A stretch of 64,000 nt of DNA from Chthoniobacterales bacterium (GTDB lineage Bacteria > Verrucomicrobiota > Verrucomicrobiia > Chthoniobacterales > UBA10450). The DNA lies in the NCBI GenBank assembly GCA_038323965.1, contig JBBQHM010000001.1:889-64888 (forward strand), read 5' to 3'. Under the pieces are notes generated by a model. The model saw only the letters and a program-made list of their open reading frames with translations. It did not search any database and was not told the DNA's origin. A program made the position numbers and the translations under genes. Shown here in pieces: positions 26,605 to 36,814 of this stretch; position 1 is the stretch's first letter, and each line of letters opens with the position of its first letter.

Positions 26605-27540
26605 ATGCGCGTCGTCTTTATCGGCACGGGCGAGATTGGATTGCCGGCTCTGCGATGGTTGCAGAGTTCGCGGGATCACGAGCTCGTCGGTGTGGTGACT
26701 CAACCGGATAAACCGGCCGGTCGCGCGCAACAGATCACTCCGCCGTCGATCAAGGTAGCTCTCGCTGAAACTAAGACACCGATTCTCCAACCCGCCCGGA
26801 TCAAAAGTGCGGATGCGATTGATGAAATCCGCGGGTTAGAGCCGAACGTCATCGTGGTAATGGCATACGGGCAGATCCTTCCGAAAAGCGTTCTCGAAAT
26901 TCCCCCGGTCGCCTGTTTGAATCTGCACGCATCCATCCTTCCGCTCTGGCGCGGGGCGGCGCCGATCCAGGCGGCGATTGCGAACGGCGACGCTGAGACA
27001 GGGATCACCGTTATGTACATGGATGAGGGGCTGGATACCGGCGATATCCTATTGATTCGCAAAATTCCGATCGCAGCCGATGAGACGGGCGGTTCACTGC
27101 ACGATCGGCTGGGCGAGGTCGCGCCGGAGGCATTGCGCGATGCGTTTGAGTGGCTGCAAAAAGGCAACCCGCCCCGCGCCGCGCAGGACAACACCTGCGC
27201 AACGCATTCTCCGAAACTCGAGCGCGAGCATGGGCGCGTTGATTGGAACGACCCGGCTGAAATTATCGAGAGAAAAATGCGCGCCTTTCATCCATGGCCC
27301 GGCGCTTTCACCATGCTCTACGACGAGGCCGGGGTGCCGCGTAAGCTCAAATTGTTTGGCGGGAAAATTATGAGCGGCGAAGGAAGGCCCGCCAGTATCG
27401 TGCGGGTGGATGACGAGATTGTGGTCGGGACAGGCCGCGGGACGCTCTCGCTCAGTGGTGTTCAATTGGAAGGTAAAAAGCGCATGTCGGCCGCAGAATT
27501 TGCCGGCGGCTGGCGCGCGCCGTTGCGCATCATGCCGTGA
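26605..27540 (+). CDS. fmt: methionyl-tRNA formyltransferase
   Basis: MRVVFIGTGEIGLP, NLHASILPLWRGAAPIQ, C-terminal LQLEGKKRMSA. Confidence 0.93.
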   Translation: MRVVFIGTGEIGLPALRWLQSSRDHELVGVVTQPDKPAGRAQQITPPSIKVALAETKTPILQPARIKSADAIDEIRGLEPNVIVVMAYGQILPKSVLEIPPVACLNLHASILPLWRGAAPIQAAIANGDAETGITVMYMDEGLDTGDILLIRKIPIAADETGGSLHDRLGEVAPEALRDAFEWLQKGNPPRAAQDNTCATHSPKLEREHGRVDWNDPAEIIERKMRAFHPWPGAFTMLYDEAGVPRKLKLFGGKIMSGEGRPASIVRVDDEIVVGTGRGTLSLSGVQLEGKKRMSAAEFAGGWRAPLRIMP

Positions 27541-27585
27541 GCGCAGGCTTTTTGCCTAGCCAAGCGGCGCGCGTTCGGCTCATGT

Positions 27586-28320
27586 TTGCCCCCCATGCCA
27601 AACGAAGTCACCGCGTATAAGCGCATCGTCCTGAAGTTGAGCGGCGAAGCGCTGCGTGAACGCGGCGCGCGGGAAAATATCTCGCCCGAACTAGTGCGCG
27701 AGATTGCCGAGCGCGTGCGCGAAGTGCGCGACCTCGGAGCGCAGGTGGCGATCGTGATTGGCGGTGGGAACATCTGGCGCGGATTAAGCGCTTCGCATCG
27801 CGGGATGGATCGCACGACGGCGGATTACATGGGCATGCTTGCCACGGTGATCAACGGCCTGGCGTTGCAGAGCGCGTTAACGCAGGCCGGCGTCGATACC
27901 CGCGTGCAGACCGCGATCGAAATGAAAAATGTGGCGGAGCCGTTTATTCGCGGCCGCGCCATTCGACATCTGGAACTCGGCCGCGTCGTCGTGTTCGTCG
28001 CCGGCACCGGCAATCCTTTCTTTTCTACCGACACCACCGCCGCTCTACGCGCGAGCGAGATTGGCGCCGATGTCATCTTGAAAGCGACAAAAGTGGATGG
28101 CGTTTACGATTCGGACCCGGAGAAAAATCCGGACGCGAAACGCTACGATCGCGTGAGCTACACCGAGGCGCTGAGCAAGCGACTGCAGGTGATGGATTCA
28201 ACGGCGTTCAGTCTTTGCATGGATAACAAGATCCCGATCGTGGTGTTCGGCATGAACCCGGCCAGTAATTTCCGCGACGTCGTGCTGGGGCAAAAAATCG
28301 GCACGCTGGTTTGCGATTAG
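27586..28320 (+). CDS. pyrH: UMP kinase
   Basis: [40 protein letters not shown]. Confidence 0.93.
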   Translation: MPPMPNEVTAYKRIVLKLSGEALRERGARENISPELVREIAERVREVRDLGAQVAIVIGGGNIWRGLSASHRGMDRTTADYMGMLATVINGLALQSALTQAGVDTRVQTAIEMKNVAEPFIRGRAIRHLELGRVVVFVAGTGNPFFSTDTTAALRASEIGADVILKATKVDGVYDSDPEKNPDAKRYDRVSYTEALSKRLQVMDSTAFSLCMDNKIPIVVFGMNPASNFRDVVLGQKIGTLVCD

Positions 28321-28344
28321 CGGCTGGCCGCACCAGTTTTCACC

Positions 28345-28905
28345 ATGAGCAGCGACGATATACTTTTAGAGGCGGAAATGACGATGGATAAGAGCGTGGA
28401 CTACATGATCCACGAATTCTCGTCGGTGCGCACCGGCAAGGCCTCGCCCGCGCTGGTGGAAAATGTGGACGTGGAAGCTTACGGCTCAGCCATGAAATTG
28501 AAGCAACTCGCGTTGATCACCACGCCGGAACCGCGGCTGCTGGTCGTGCAGCCCTTTGACGCAGCCACGGTCAAGGACATCGAGAAAGCGCTCAAGGAAT
28601 CGAAGATCGGCATTACCCCAATCGTTGACGGAAAAATTATTCGGCTGCCGATTCCGGAGCTGTCGGAAGAGCGACGGAAGGACCTGGTAAAGTCGCTTAG
28701 CAAAATGGCGGAGGAAGCGCGGGTGCGCGTCCGTTCGAATCGGCGAACGGCGATCGACGAAGCCAAGAAGGCGAAAGCCGCCGGCGACATGACCGAGGAT
28801 GGTTTGCGCGATGCCGAGGATTCAGTGCAGAAACTTACCGATCGTTTCGTAAAATCGATCGACGACCACTTCGACCGCAAGCAAGCCGAAGTGATGAAAG
28901 TTTAG
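28345..28905 (+). CDS. frr: ribosome recycling factor
   Basis: 186 aa, with FSSVRTGKASPALVENV... and LSEERRKDLVK. Confidence 0.93.
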   Translation: MSSDDILLEAEMTMDKSVDYMIHEFSSVRTGKASPALVENVDVEAYGSAMKLKQLALITTPEPRLLVVQPFDAATVKDIEKALKESKIGITPIVDGKIIRLPIPELSEERRKDLVKSLSKMAEEARVRVRSNRRTAIDEAKKAKAAGDMTEDGLRDAEDSVQKLTDRFVKSIDDHFDRKQAEVMKV

Positions 28906-28910
28906 CGCGG

Positions 28911-29726
28911 CTACAACCTGACGAGATCCAGCAGGAACTGGCACCAGAGATAGACCATTCCGCGCCAGGTATATTTCACTTCACCGTCGGCCGCCGGTTT
29001 CAAGACTCCCGCACTGATGTTGTGCGCGATCTGGTCGCGCAAATCGTTTTCGATCTCGAGCTGAATCTGTTCGTCATCGAGCGACGTGAGAGCCTCGATG
29101 CCAACGCCGTTTTCCCGAAGGAATTGGCGATGACTCTGGTACAATTGCCAGAATGACTGGTCGGGTCGCTGGCGGTTGATGCGAAATTGCGGCGTCAGTT
29201 TCAGGCCGTACGACAGCGGATAATTCCACGTCGTCCAGATGATCCCGTCCGTCGCGCGCGAGGAGATGCGCAGGTAATAAAATGAAAGATCGTGCTGCTC
29301 ATTCAGGCAGATCGTCGCCTGAGCGCGCTCCTCGGATTTGTAGAACAAGCGGAAGAACTGGCGGTAATCGTTCCAGTCCCAGCCGGCATCATTGACGTGG
29401 GTAAAAGCCTCGTTCTCGATCTCACGCGTGATCTCCTCGAGCGTCGGGAAATTATCAGCGGAGGGCGCGCTTTTGGGGCGTAGTCGCTTCTCCTTCGGCA
29501 ATCGCAGCGAACGAATCCGGGTGAGGATTTCCAGCCACGGCAAAAACAACCAGCTGAGTGCGCCGACGGTGCCCCAGGCGAAAGAACCGGTGACGAAATA
29601 AACCGCGAGGAATGACGCGATGAGGATGCCAACCGCGCCGGTCTTTTGCGCAAACGACGTCTGATAACTCCTCAGCGCGATGCTGAGGACAGCCACGCCC
29701 AGCGTGAGGAAAAGGCCGAAAAGCAT
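28911..29726 (-). CDS. hypothetical membrane protein (3 N-terminal TM segments plus a soluble domain)
   Basis: 271 aa, no recognised family. Its start overlaps the upstream glutaredoxin-like stop (TAATG). Confidence 0.55.
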   Translation of the reverse strand: MLFGLFLTLGVAVLSIALRSYQTSFAQKTGAVGILIASFLAVYFVTGSFAWGTVGALSWLFLPWLEILTRIRSLRLPKEKRLRPKSAPSADNFPTLEEITREIENEAFTHVNDAGWDWNDYRQFFRLFYKSEERAQATICLNEQHDLSFYYLRISSRATDGIIWTTWNYPLSYGLKLTPQFRINRQRPDQSFWQLYQSHRQFLRENGVGIEALTSLDDEQIQLEIENDLRDQIAHNISAGVLKPAADGEVKYTWRGMVYLWCQFLLDLVRL

Positions 29727-29977
29727 TAAGGGTTAATGCCGTGTTCGTTCAGAAATTTTTCGAGCTGATCGGTATCGAAGTTGGCCAGCACTTCATCTCC
29801 GGCGCGGAGCGTAGGAACGTAGGTTTGATCGGATAACTCCGTCATTTCGTGGTAGGCATCCCGATCTTTTCCCACGTCGATTTCGGTAAACGCGAAACCG
29901 CGCTCGGTGAGATATTCTTTCGCGTCCGTGCACCACGAACACCATTCGCGGCTGAAGAGCGTGATGTCGGTTGCCAT
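29726..29977 (-). CDS. glutaredoxin-like (NrdH/Grx fold) protein
   Basis: 83 aa with CSWC redox motif near the N-terminus and a YVPTL cis-Pro region. Confidence 0.75.
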   Translation of the reverse strand: MATDITLFSREWCSWCTDAKEYLTERGFAFTEIDVGKDRDAYHEMTELSDQTYVPTLRAGDEVLANFDTDQLEKFLNEHGINP

Positions 29978-30031
29978 GAGAGAATTAAACCGCCGAGGCC
30001 AAGCCCGTCAATGGACGCAGGCCCGGCAAGG

Positions 30032-31567
30032 TCAATACGATTTGGCCCAGACGACGCGGCGCTGGCTGTGCTCTCCCGTAAACGGGCACGTTCCTGCTTC
30101 GCCTTCGCCAAATGGGATGCAGCGGATGGTCACCTTGAGATCGTTCTTGATCTGTTGCTCTACTTTGCGCGAGCCATCCCAATGTGCGAGCGCGAAGCCG
30201 CCATGGATCTCCGGCTTGGCGGCATCGCGCGGGGTAAAGAATTCGTAAAATTCTTCCTTTGAATTGATGACGCGAGTATTGGCATCACGAAATTCAGTCG
30301 CGCGTTGCAAAAGATTTTGCTGGATGGATTCCAGAAGTCCCGCTGCGCTGCTTAAGCACTCATCCCGGGTCACGAAATCCTTCGCCTTAGCGGATTGATC
30401 GCGCCGGCTGACCGCGACCATGTTCTTTTCCAGGTCGCGCGGCCCAATTTCGAGGCGGAGAGGCACGCCTTTTTTGATCCAGTCCCAGTTTTTCACACCG
30501 CCGCCAAGATCGCGCCGGTCCACCTCGACTTCGATGGGCAGCCCGGCGTAGCGCAGATCACGCAGTTCAGCAGCAAGTTTGTCGCAGTATTCCAGCACTG
30601 CGGCGCGCGTTTCCTCCTTCGGCGTGATGGGAATAATAACAATGTGAGTCGGCGCGATGCGCGGCGGAAGGACGAGGCCGTCATCATCCGCGTGCGCCAT
30701 GATGACGGTGCCGACAAGTCGCGTGCTCATACCCCAACTCGTCGTCCAGCCAAACTCCTGTTTGCCTTCGCGCGATTGAAATTGGATCCCGCTCGCACGC
30801 GAAAAGTTTTGGCCAAGGAAGTGCGATGTGCCGGCTTGGATCGCTTTTCGGTCCTGCACCATGGCTTCAATGCAAAGCGTCTCGACCGCGCCGGGAAAGC
30901 GCTCGCTCTCCGATTTTTCCCCGCTGAAAACCGGTATCGCCAGATGATCGCGGACAAACGTTTCGTAGACATCCAGCATTCGCTTCGTTTCCTCGCGCGC
31001 CTCGGTCTCCGTCTCGTGCACGGTGTGCCCTTCCTGCCAAAGAAATTCGGTGGTGCGAAGAAAGACGCGCGGCCGCATTTCCCAGCGCACGACGTTGCAC
31101 CACTGATTAATCAGAATCGGGAGGTCGCGGTACGATTGCACCCATTTCGCATAGGTCGCCCCGATGATCGTCTCGCTCGTCGGCCGGACGACTAACGGCT
31201 CCGCCAACTCCGCCGCCGGGGCCGGGCGCATTTTCCCGTCCGGGCCGATGTCGAGCCGATGGTGCGTCACGACGGCACATTCCTTGGCAAAGCCTTCGAC
31301 GTGATCCGCCTCTTTCTGCAGGTAGCTCAGCGGAATGAAGAGCGGGAAATAGGCGTTACGATGTCCGGTCGCGCGGAACATGACATCGAGTTGCCGCTGC
31401 ATGTTTTCCCACATCCCGTAACCCCATGGACGAATGACCATGCAGCCGCGGACATCGGAGGGATCGGCCAGTTCCGCGGCGCGGATGACCTGCTGATACC
31501 ATTCAGGGAAATCCTCTTCCCGACGCGGCGAGATGGCGTTGCGCTGCTGCTTTGGACTCTCGGACAT
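30032..31567 (-). CDS. proS: proline--tRNA ligase (archaeal/eukaryote-like type)
   Basis: DFPEWYQQVIRAAELAD, WGYGMWE, FRAT...YFPLFIP, and a C-terminal ProRS-C1 domain ending ...VVWAKSY. There is no INS editing domain. Confidence 0.9.
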   Translation of the reverse strand: MSESPKQQRNAISPRREEDFPEWYQQVIRAAELADPSDVRGCMVIRPWGYGMWENMQRQLDVMFRATGHRNAYFPLFIPLSYLQKEADHVEGFAKECAVVTHHRLDIGPDGKMRPAPAAELAEPLVVRPTSETIIGATYAKWVQSYRDLPILINQWCNVVRWEMRPRVFLRTTEFLWQEGHTVHETETEAREETKRMLDVYETFVRDHLAIPVFSGEKSESERFPGAVETLCIEAMVQDRKAIQAGTSHFLGQNFSRASGIQFQSREGKQEFGWTTSWGMSTRLVGTVIMAHADDDGLVLPPRIAPTHIVIIPITPKEETRAAVLEYCDKLAAELRDLRYAGLPIEVEVDRRDLGGGVKNWDWIKKGVPLRLEIGPRDLEKNMVAVSRRDQSAKAKDFVTRDECLSSAAGLLESIQQNLLQRATEFRDANTRVINSKEEFYEFFTPRDAAKPEIHGGFALAHWDGSRKVEQQIKNDLKVTIRCIPFGEGEAGTCPFTGEHSQRRVVWAKSY

Positions 31568-31659
31568 GACGACGAACAACTAACCGCGCGGGATAAAATT
31601 CACCAGTCTGACTTGTCAGGCTCGCAACTTTTGGTCATTGCTGGGTTTAATCGAATGTT

Positions 31660-31989
31660 ATGAAAACACCTTTTGTCATAGCTTTGGTCCTCGCCGCAGG
31701 TTTGCAATTATCGACCACTGCATCCGCCCAGCCTCAGCCCGGACGCGGGCGCGCCAGTGGTCGTCCGGTGCGCGAAGCGTGGGCGAAACTAACCCCGGAT
31801 GAGCGCACCAAATTGCGCGGTGCACATCGCTCGGCAGTGGCCGATCCCAGCGTCCAGGCAGCCCGCGAGCGCATGCAGGCAGCACGAAAACAATATCACG
31901 ATTCCATGCGCGCAGCGCTCCTGAAGGCGGATCCATCCGTGCAGCCAATCCTGGAAAAGCTTCCGACGCCGCCCGAGAAGAATCCCTGA
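31660..31989 (+). CDS. small secreted helical protein (possibly Spy/CpxP-like, LTxxQ-type)
   Basis: Signal peptide. LTPDERTKL, and repeated ADPSVQ motifs. Confidence 0.45.
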   Translation: MKTPFVIALVLAAGLQLSTTASAQPQPGRGRASGRPVREAWAKLTPDERTKLRGAHRSAVADPSVQAARERMQAARKQYHDSMRAALLKADPSVQPILEKLPTPPEKNP

Positions 31990-32010
31990 TCGCCGATTGA
32001 GTTGCGCCGA

Positions 32011-32673
32011 CTAAAGGTTGCCCGCGACCGAATTCTGCGCTCCACGCAATTCGCTCTTGTCCGCGAACCCACCGGCGAACTCGATGCTGCAGACGCTGCC
32101 GTAAATTGCGTGCGGGCCGTAAGCCGCCCCCGCGACGTTGTAGGTCGAGCTGAAAATATTTTTACGATGGCCGCGACCGCGCACGCCGTCATCGATGATG
32201 AGCGCCAGCACGATGTCGCGTGCTGATTTTTTGCCGTACGAAATATTTTCGCCCCACGCTCCCTGCCATCCGCCGTATTTGCTGATGCGCTGGCCAGGAC
32301 TGCTCCAGTCGCTGCCCTTGTGTCCCATGCGGCCGTTGGCCTGGTCGGCACAATGATCCGCCGCGGCGCGACACATCCCGTCCGACACCGCCAGCGGGGC
32401 CTGCGGTTGCGCGCGTTGCAAAAACCGCATTGCTTCATCGAGAGCGCGGACGCCTTCGTGTGTTCGAAGCCTGGTGTTGCCGGGAAGAAGACAGAGGTTG
32501 CCGTTGAAATGGCCTCTCATTTCCGCGATGTAACCGGCGTAAAGAGTGGGGTTTTGCCGCGCCAGATTCATCTCGCGCACGATGGCGGGACCGGAGACGG
32601 CAATGGAATCGGCATAGGAAACCGAAGCGATAAAAAACGTCGCCAACGAACAGGCAAGAGACCGGATGTGCAT
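32011..32673 (-). CDS. secreted CAP/SCP/PR1-like domain protein
   Basis: Signal peptide MHIRSLACSLATFFIASVSYA. HKGSD..., GENISYG and GHRKNIF are CAP signature elements. Confidence 0.75.
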   Translation of the reverse strand: MHIRSLACSLATFFIASVSYADSIAVSGPAIVREMNLARQNPTLYAGYIAEMRGHFNGNLCLLPGNTRLRTHEGVRALDEAMRFLQRAQPQAPLAVSDGMCRAAADHCADQANGRMGHKGSDWSSPGQRISKYGGWQGAWGENISYGKKSARDIVLALIIDDGVRGRGHRKNIFSSTYNVAGAAYGPHAIYGSVCSIEFAGGFADKSELRGAQNSVAGNL

Positions 32674-32792
32674 TATAATTTCTAGAAAGCAGCTCCGGTG
32701 CCAGCCGACTTCGTGCACGCGGCATCGTCATCGCGTAACGGCATTTGACACTCGCCGTGCCGCCCCGTAGTTTCCGTGCCCTTTTCCGTCTG

Positions 32793-33224
32793 ATGAAAAC
32801 GTTTTCCGCAAAAGCCAACGAAGTGCCGCGCAAGTGGTGGATTATTGACGCCAAAGACCAAGTGCTGGGGCGTGTTGCCGTCAAAGCCGCGAACCTTCTG
32901 CGCGGGAAGGAAAAGCCGATCGTGACGCCGCATGTCGATACCGGTGACTTCGTTGTTGTCATTAATGCCGATAAAGTTCGCGTGACTGGCAAGAAGGAAG
33001 AGCAGAAAACTTTCATGAGTTTCTCAGGGTTTGTCGGCGGCCATAAGACGGAAACGCTGCGTTCCCGCCGCGCGCGGCATCCGGAACTGCTCGTCGAACA
33101 CGCCGTTCGTGGAATGATTCCGCACAACAAACTTGGCCGCGCGATTTACCGGAAATTGAAGGTCTACGCAGGCGACGAGCATCCGCATGGCGCGCAGCAA
33201 CCGACTGCCATCACCATTGGCTAA
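32793..33224 (+). CDS. rplM: 50S ribosomal protein L13
   Basis: MKTFSAKANEVPRKWWIIDAKDQVLGRVA start. Confidence 0.95.
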   Translation: MKTFSAKANEVPRKWWIIDAKDQVLGRVAVKAANLLRGKEKPIVTPHVDTGDFVVVINADKVRVTGKKEEQKTFMSFSGFVGGHKTETLRSRRARHPELLVEHAVRGMIPHNKLGRAIYRKLKVYAGDEHPHGAQQPTAITIG

Positions 33225-33228
33225 CTTT

Positions 33229-33624
33229 ATGGCACAGACAGAAGAAATCGTTGCAACCGGCCGTCGGAAAACTTCGGTTGCCCGTGTGCGCATGAGCACG
33301 GGAAGCGGCAAGATCGAAGTGAATGGCCGCTCATTTGAAGACTATTTCCCGACCACTCCGCTGCAAAATACCGTGTTAGCGCCGTTGCAAACGGTGCAGA
33401 TGGTAAACGCCTATGACGCGTCCATTAACGTCACGGGTGGCGGTTCCACCGGCCAGGCTGGCGCAGCTCGCCTCGCGATTGCTCGTGCCCTACTGCAGGT
33501 CGAGGGCGACCTGCGCGGCACCTTGAAGGCCGCGGGATTACTCACGCGCGATCCGCGCATGAAAGAGCGCAAGAAGTCCGGGCAACCGGGCGCACGCAAG
33601 CGCTTCCAGTTCTCGAAACGCTAA
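33229..33624 (+). CDS. rpsI: 30S ribosomal protein S9
   Basis: GRRKTSVARV... and C-terminal KKSGQPGARKRFQFSKR. Confidence 0.95.
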   Translation: MAQTEEIVATGRRKTSVARVRMSTGSGKIEVNGRSFEDYFPTTPLQNTVLAPLQTVQMVNAYDASINVTGGGSTGQAGAARLAIARALLQVEGDLRGTLKAAGLLTRDPRMKERKKSGQPGARKRFQFSKR

Positions 33625-33633
33625 GAGCGTTCT

Positions 33634-34329
33634 TTACGGTTTCGCGGGTGGAACAGCCGGATTCGGTTGCGGCGGTTGGCCTGGAGCTGATGGCTGCATT
33701 TTCGCCGTCGCGACGGACGCCGGCTTAAGCCTTCGCAACATCGCGCCGGCTTCCGCGGCGAAATAGCTGTCGCTGTGCTGCGACATCACATCTTCGCAGG
33801 CTTTGCGCGCTTCATCGTGCTGACCCTTGGCCTCGAAAAGGTGCACCTCGGAGATCATCGCCAGCGGGGCCAGGAAATCGCGCGGATAACTCGCTGCAAT
33901 TTTTTGATAAGTCGCAAGCGCTTCATCATTTTTACCCATCGCCTCCAGGTTTGAGGCAATCGCCATGCGCGCAGTTGTCGCCATCGAATGTGACGGAAAT
34001 TTATCGACGAACTGTTGCAGCTCGGCATTGGCCCCGGCGTAATCTTTGGCAATGCGAAGTGCGTCGGCCGCAGAAAGATAGGCCGTGGCCAGCGCGGGAC
34101 TGTTCGGGTAATTCGCGATCGCGCGGCGATAATCTTCCGGCGTTTTGGCTGAGGCTACCGCGGCGGCGGCCTCGTTCTCCCTGCGCTGTTGATAGTAGCG
34201 ATAGGTGGAGAATCCAATCGCCGCGACCAGTGCGATACCGATCACCGCTGCAATTTCGCGTTTATATCGATCCCAGAAAATTCGCGTCTCAAGAACAGGA
34301 TCAGGCGTGGAAGTCGTCGGAGTAACCAT
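33634..34329 (-). CDS. membrane-anchored TPR-like protein (YfgM-like architecture)
   Basis: Start at ATG 34329. One TM segment (IAAVIGIALVAAIGF) followed by TPR-like helices, with a Pro-rich tail. Confidence 0.6.
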   Translation of the reverse strand: MVTPTTSTPDPVLETRIFWDRYKREIAAVIGIALVAAIGFSTYRYYQQRRENEAAAAVASAKTPEDYRRAIANYPNSPALATAYLSAADALRIAKDYAGANAELQQFVDKFPSHSMATTARMAIASNLEAMGKNDEALATYQKIAASYPRDFLAPLAMISEVHLFEAKGQHDEARKACEDVMSQHSDSYFAAEAGAMLRRLKPASVATAKMQPSAPGQPPQPNPAVPPAKP

Positions 34330-34636
34330 GGAATCACGCGCTCCAATGGCGCGAGCGATGTAATTGCCACGCGGAGAAACGCAGCGCAAGTCTGCGCGAC
34401 TCTCCGCCGGGCGGGGAATCGAATTTTTTGACGACGCGCGCGTCTCGGCCTTGAGAAATTTGCGCATTAACCGCAATGCCTGCCGGTTCTCTTCCGGCGT
34501 ATTCGATACGCAACCATCCTCGCGAATGAACAATTCGTAATCCCGCATGTAGGCGTCGTTCGCAGTGAAGAGAACGCAGTTTCATCAAGAAAAATGGGTG
34601 ATTCGCGCCTGCGCCTTTCGCCGGTAGGTTCGGTGA

Positions 34637-35722
34637 GTGTCCGTCCACGATAAGCTCTTCATCCCGGGCCCGGTCGAGGTTTCACCCGCCACCCTCGCCG
34701 CCTTTTCGCGGCCGATGATCGGACATCGCGGCTCCGAGTTTAAAGAGCTGTACCGCGCAATTCATCCGCGGCTGCAGTCGCTCTTCGGCACGAGGCAACC
34801 CGTCTTCCTGTCGAGCTCGTCGGCTTGGGGAGTGATGGAAGGAGCGATTCGTAATGTCGTCCGCGAGCGCGTTCTCTGCTGCATGTGCGGCGCGTTTTCG
34901 GACAAATGGCTCGAGGTGGCGCGGCGATGCGGGAAGGAAGCGGAGCCCTTACAGGTTGAATGGGGCCAACATATCGAGCCGGCAGCATTGGACGCAAAAC
35001 TTGCAACCGGCCGCTTCGACGCGGTAACGCTAATCCACAACGAGACCTCGACCGGCGTCATGAATCCACTGCCGGAACTCTGCTGCACCCTCGCGAAATA
35101 TCCGGAGGTCGCGTCGATTGTGGATAGCGTTTCGTCATTTTCTGCGGTTCCCCTCGCGATGGATGACCTGCGAATCGACGTGCTCCTCACCGGCAGCCAG
35201 AAAGCGCTGGCGCTGCCTCCTGGGTTCTCGCTTTTCAGCGTTTCAGAAAAGGCATTGGCGCGCGCCGCGGAAAATCCGGAGCGCGGGTTTTATTTCGATT
35301 TCCTCGAGTTCAAGAAACAGCAGGCGGAGAACATGACGCCGACTACCCCAAGTGTCGGCCACATTTACGCGCTGGAATCGAAGCTCGATGAAATTTTCGC
35401 GGAAGGTCTGGTGAATCGATACGAGCGCCATCGGCGCACCAATGCTCTCGTGCACGAGTGGGTGCGCAGCCGCGGGTTCGATTTTTTCGCGGAAAAAGGC
35501 TTCCGCTCCGTCACCTTGACCTGCGTGAAGAACAGCCGCGGCATCGATGTGGCGAAACTCGTGCGCGATCTGCGCGAGAGTCATCATCTCGTGATCGACG
35601 GCGGTTATGGAAAGATCAAAGGCGAAACCTTTCGGCTCTCCAACATGGGCGATGAAACGGAGGAGACGGTCGCGCACCTGGTCGCCTGCCTCGACGACGT
35701 AATGCCGTCATCCCGAGCGTAG
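34637..35722 (+). CDS. class V PLP-dependent aminotransferase (serine/alanine-glyoxylate or phosphoserine aminotransferase-like)
   Basis: LFIPGPVEV start region, HNETSTGV, and TGSQKALALPPG with the PLP lysine. The last 5 codons and the stop lie inside repeat copy 6. Confidence 0.8.
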   Translation: MSVHDKLFIPGPVEVSPATLAAFSRPMIGHRGSEFKELYRAIHPRLQSLFGTRQPVFLSSSSAWGVMEGAIRNVVRERVLCCMCGAFSDKWLEVARRCGKEAEPLQVEWGQHIEPAALDAKLATGRFDAVTLIHNETSTGVMNPLPELCCTLAKYPEVASIVDSVSSFSAVPLAMDDLRIDVLLTGSQKALALPPGFSLFSVSEKALARAAENPERGFYFDFLEFKKQQAENMTPTTPSVGHIYALESKLDEIFAEGLVNRYERHRRTNALVHEWVRSRGFDFFAEKGFRSVTLTCVKNSRGIDVAKLVRDLRESHHLVIDGGYGKIKGETFRLSNMGDETEETVAHLVACLDDVMPSSRA

Positions 35723-35846
35723 CGAAGCGCAGTCGAGGGACCCCGTCGCCATACGAGCTGCGTGAACTACTCTTTACGCGACGGGGTCCCCATTCGACTC
35801 GGCTTCGCCTCGCTCAGGGCAGGCTCTCGGCTTCGCTCGGGATGAC
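35707..35846. repeat. palindromic intergenic repeat, copy 6 (longest; extra internal segment)
   Basis: GTCATCCCGAGCGTAGCGAAGCGCAGTCGAGGGACCCCGTCGC ... CGCGACGGGGTCCCC...CTCGGCTTCGCTCGGGATGAC. Confidence 0.88.
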
Positions 35847-36778
35847 GGCGTGTTTCCGATAGCGGCGGCTTCGACTTGCGGCGCATTTGCCGGGGCGATC
35901 CTGCGAAAAATCATCCAGACGCCAGCGAGCACGAAGCAGGCTCCGACCAGAAACCAGGCGGAGAGGCGTTCCCCGCCCGCGAACCAACCCAACAAAAGCG
36001 CACCGGGCGGAGTGACGAGCGAAATGGACTGCGCCTGCGCGACCGACGTTCGGGGCATAAGCCAGTAGAGCAGAATAAAGGCGAGCGCAGAGCCGAGCAG
36101 CGCCAAATAAAGGAGGCAGGCAACGGCGGAGTTGCTCCAGTGAAACCGGACGGGATTTCCATCGACCGCCCATCCGAGCAGCAGCAACGGGGCAGTGCCA
36201 AAGATCATCTGCCACGCCGCGAGCATCGAAGGAGGAAGATCGATCCGGCGCGCTTTCAAAACGACGTTCGAATAAGCGGCGCTGGCCGCACCCACGGTGA
36301 TGGCAAGCCCGCCGATAAACGCGAGCAATCCGTTAAAACTTAGCAGGCGCGCACAAATAATCGCCACCCCGGCCATCGCCACCAACGCGCCGCTCAACCT
36401 TTCCAGGCGCAGCGGTTCGTCGGGCAAAAGCCAGTGCGCAAAGACCATTCCAAAAATAGGAATTGAGGCCTGGATGATCGCAGCCAACCCCGACGAAACG
36501 TGCAGCTCCGCCCAGAAGAGAAGCGTATAATTCAGCGCGAACATCAGGATACCGGTGCCGGCCAGAACAAAATAATCCGCACGACGTTTCGGGAGAAGCG
36601 GTCCGCGACCGATCGAAACCGCGAGAAGCGCCAGAATCGCGATGAGAAAGCGGTAGGCGACGAATGAGATCGGCGGCAAATCGCGCAGCCCGATCTTAAT
36701 GACGAGCCACGTCGAGCTCCAGACTACGCAGAGCGTCGCGAAGGCGGCGATGATAGCGAGACGCGAAGCGCGCGGCAT
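35774..36778 (-). CDS. EamA/DMT-family transporter
   Basis: 10 predicted TM segments in two EamA repeats. About the last 24 codons are read from repeat copy 6. Confidence 0.8.
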   Translation of the reverse strand: MPRASRLAIIAAFATLCVVWSSTWLVIKIGLRDLPPISFVAYRFLIAILALLAVSIGRGPLLPKRRADYFVLAGTGILMFALNYTLLFWAELHVSSGLAAIIQASIPIFGMVFAHWLLPDEPLRLERLSGALVAMAGVAIICARLLSFNGLLAFIGGLAITVGAASAAYSNVVLKARRIDLPPSMLAAWQMIFGTAPLLLLGWAVDGNPVRFHWSNSAVACLLYLALLGSALAFILLYWLMPRTSVAQAQSISLVTPPGALLLGWFAGGERLSAWFLVGACFVLAGVWMIFRRIAPANAPQVEAAAIGNTPSSRAKPRACPERGEAESNGDPVA

Positions 36779-36814
36779 CGCTTATGAGCGCATCAGCGGA
36801 ACAGAGTTGCAACC

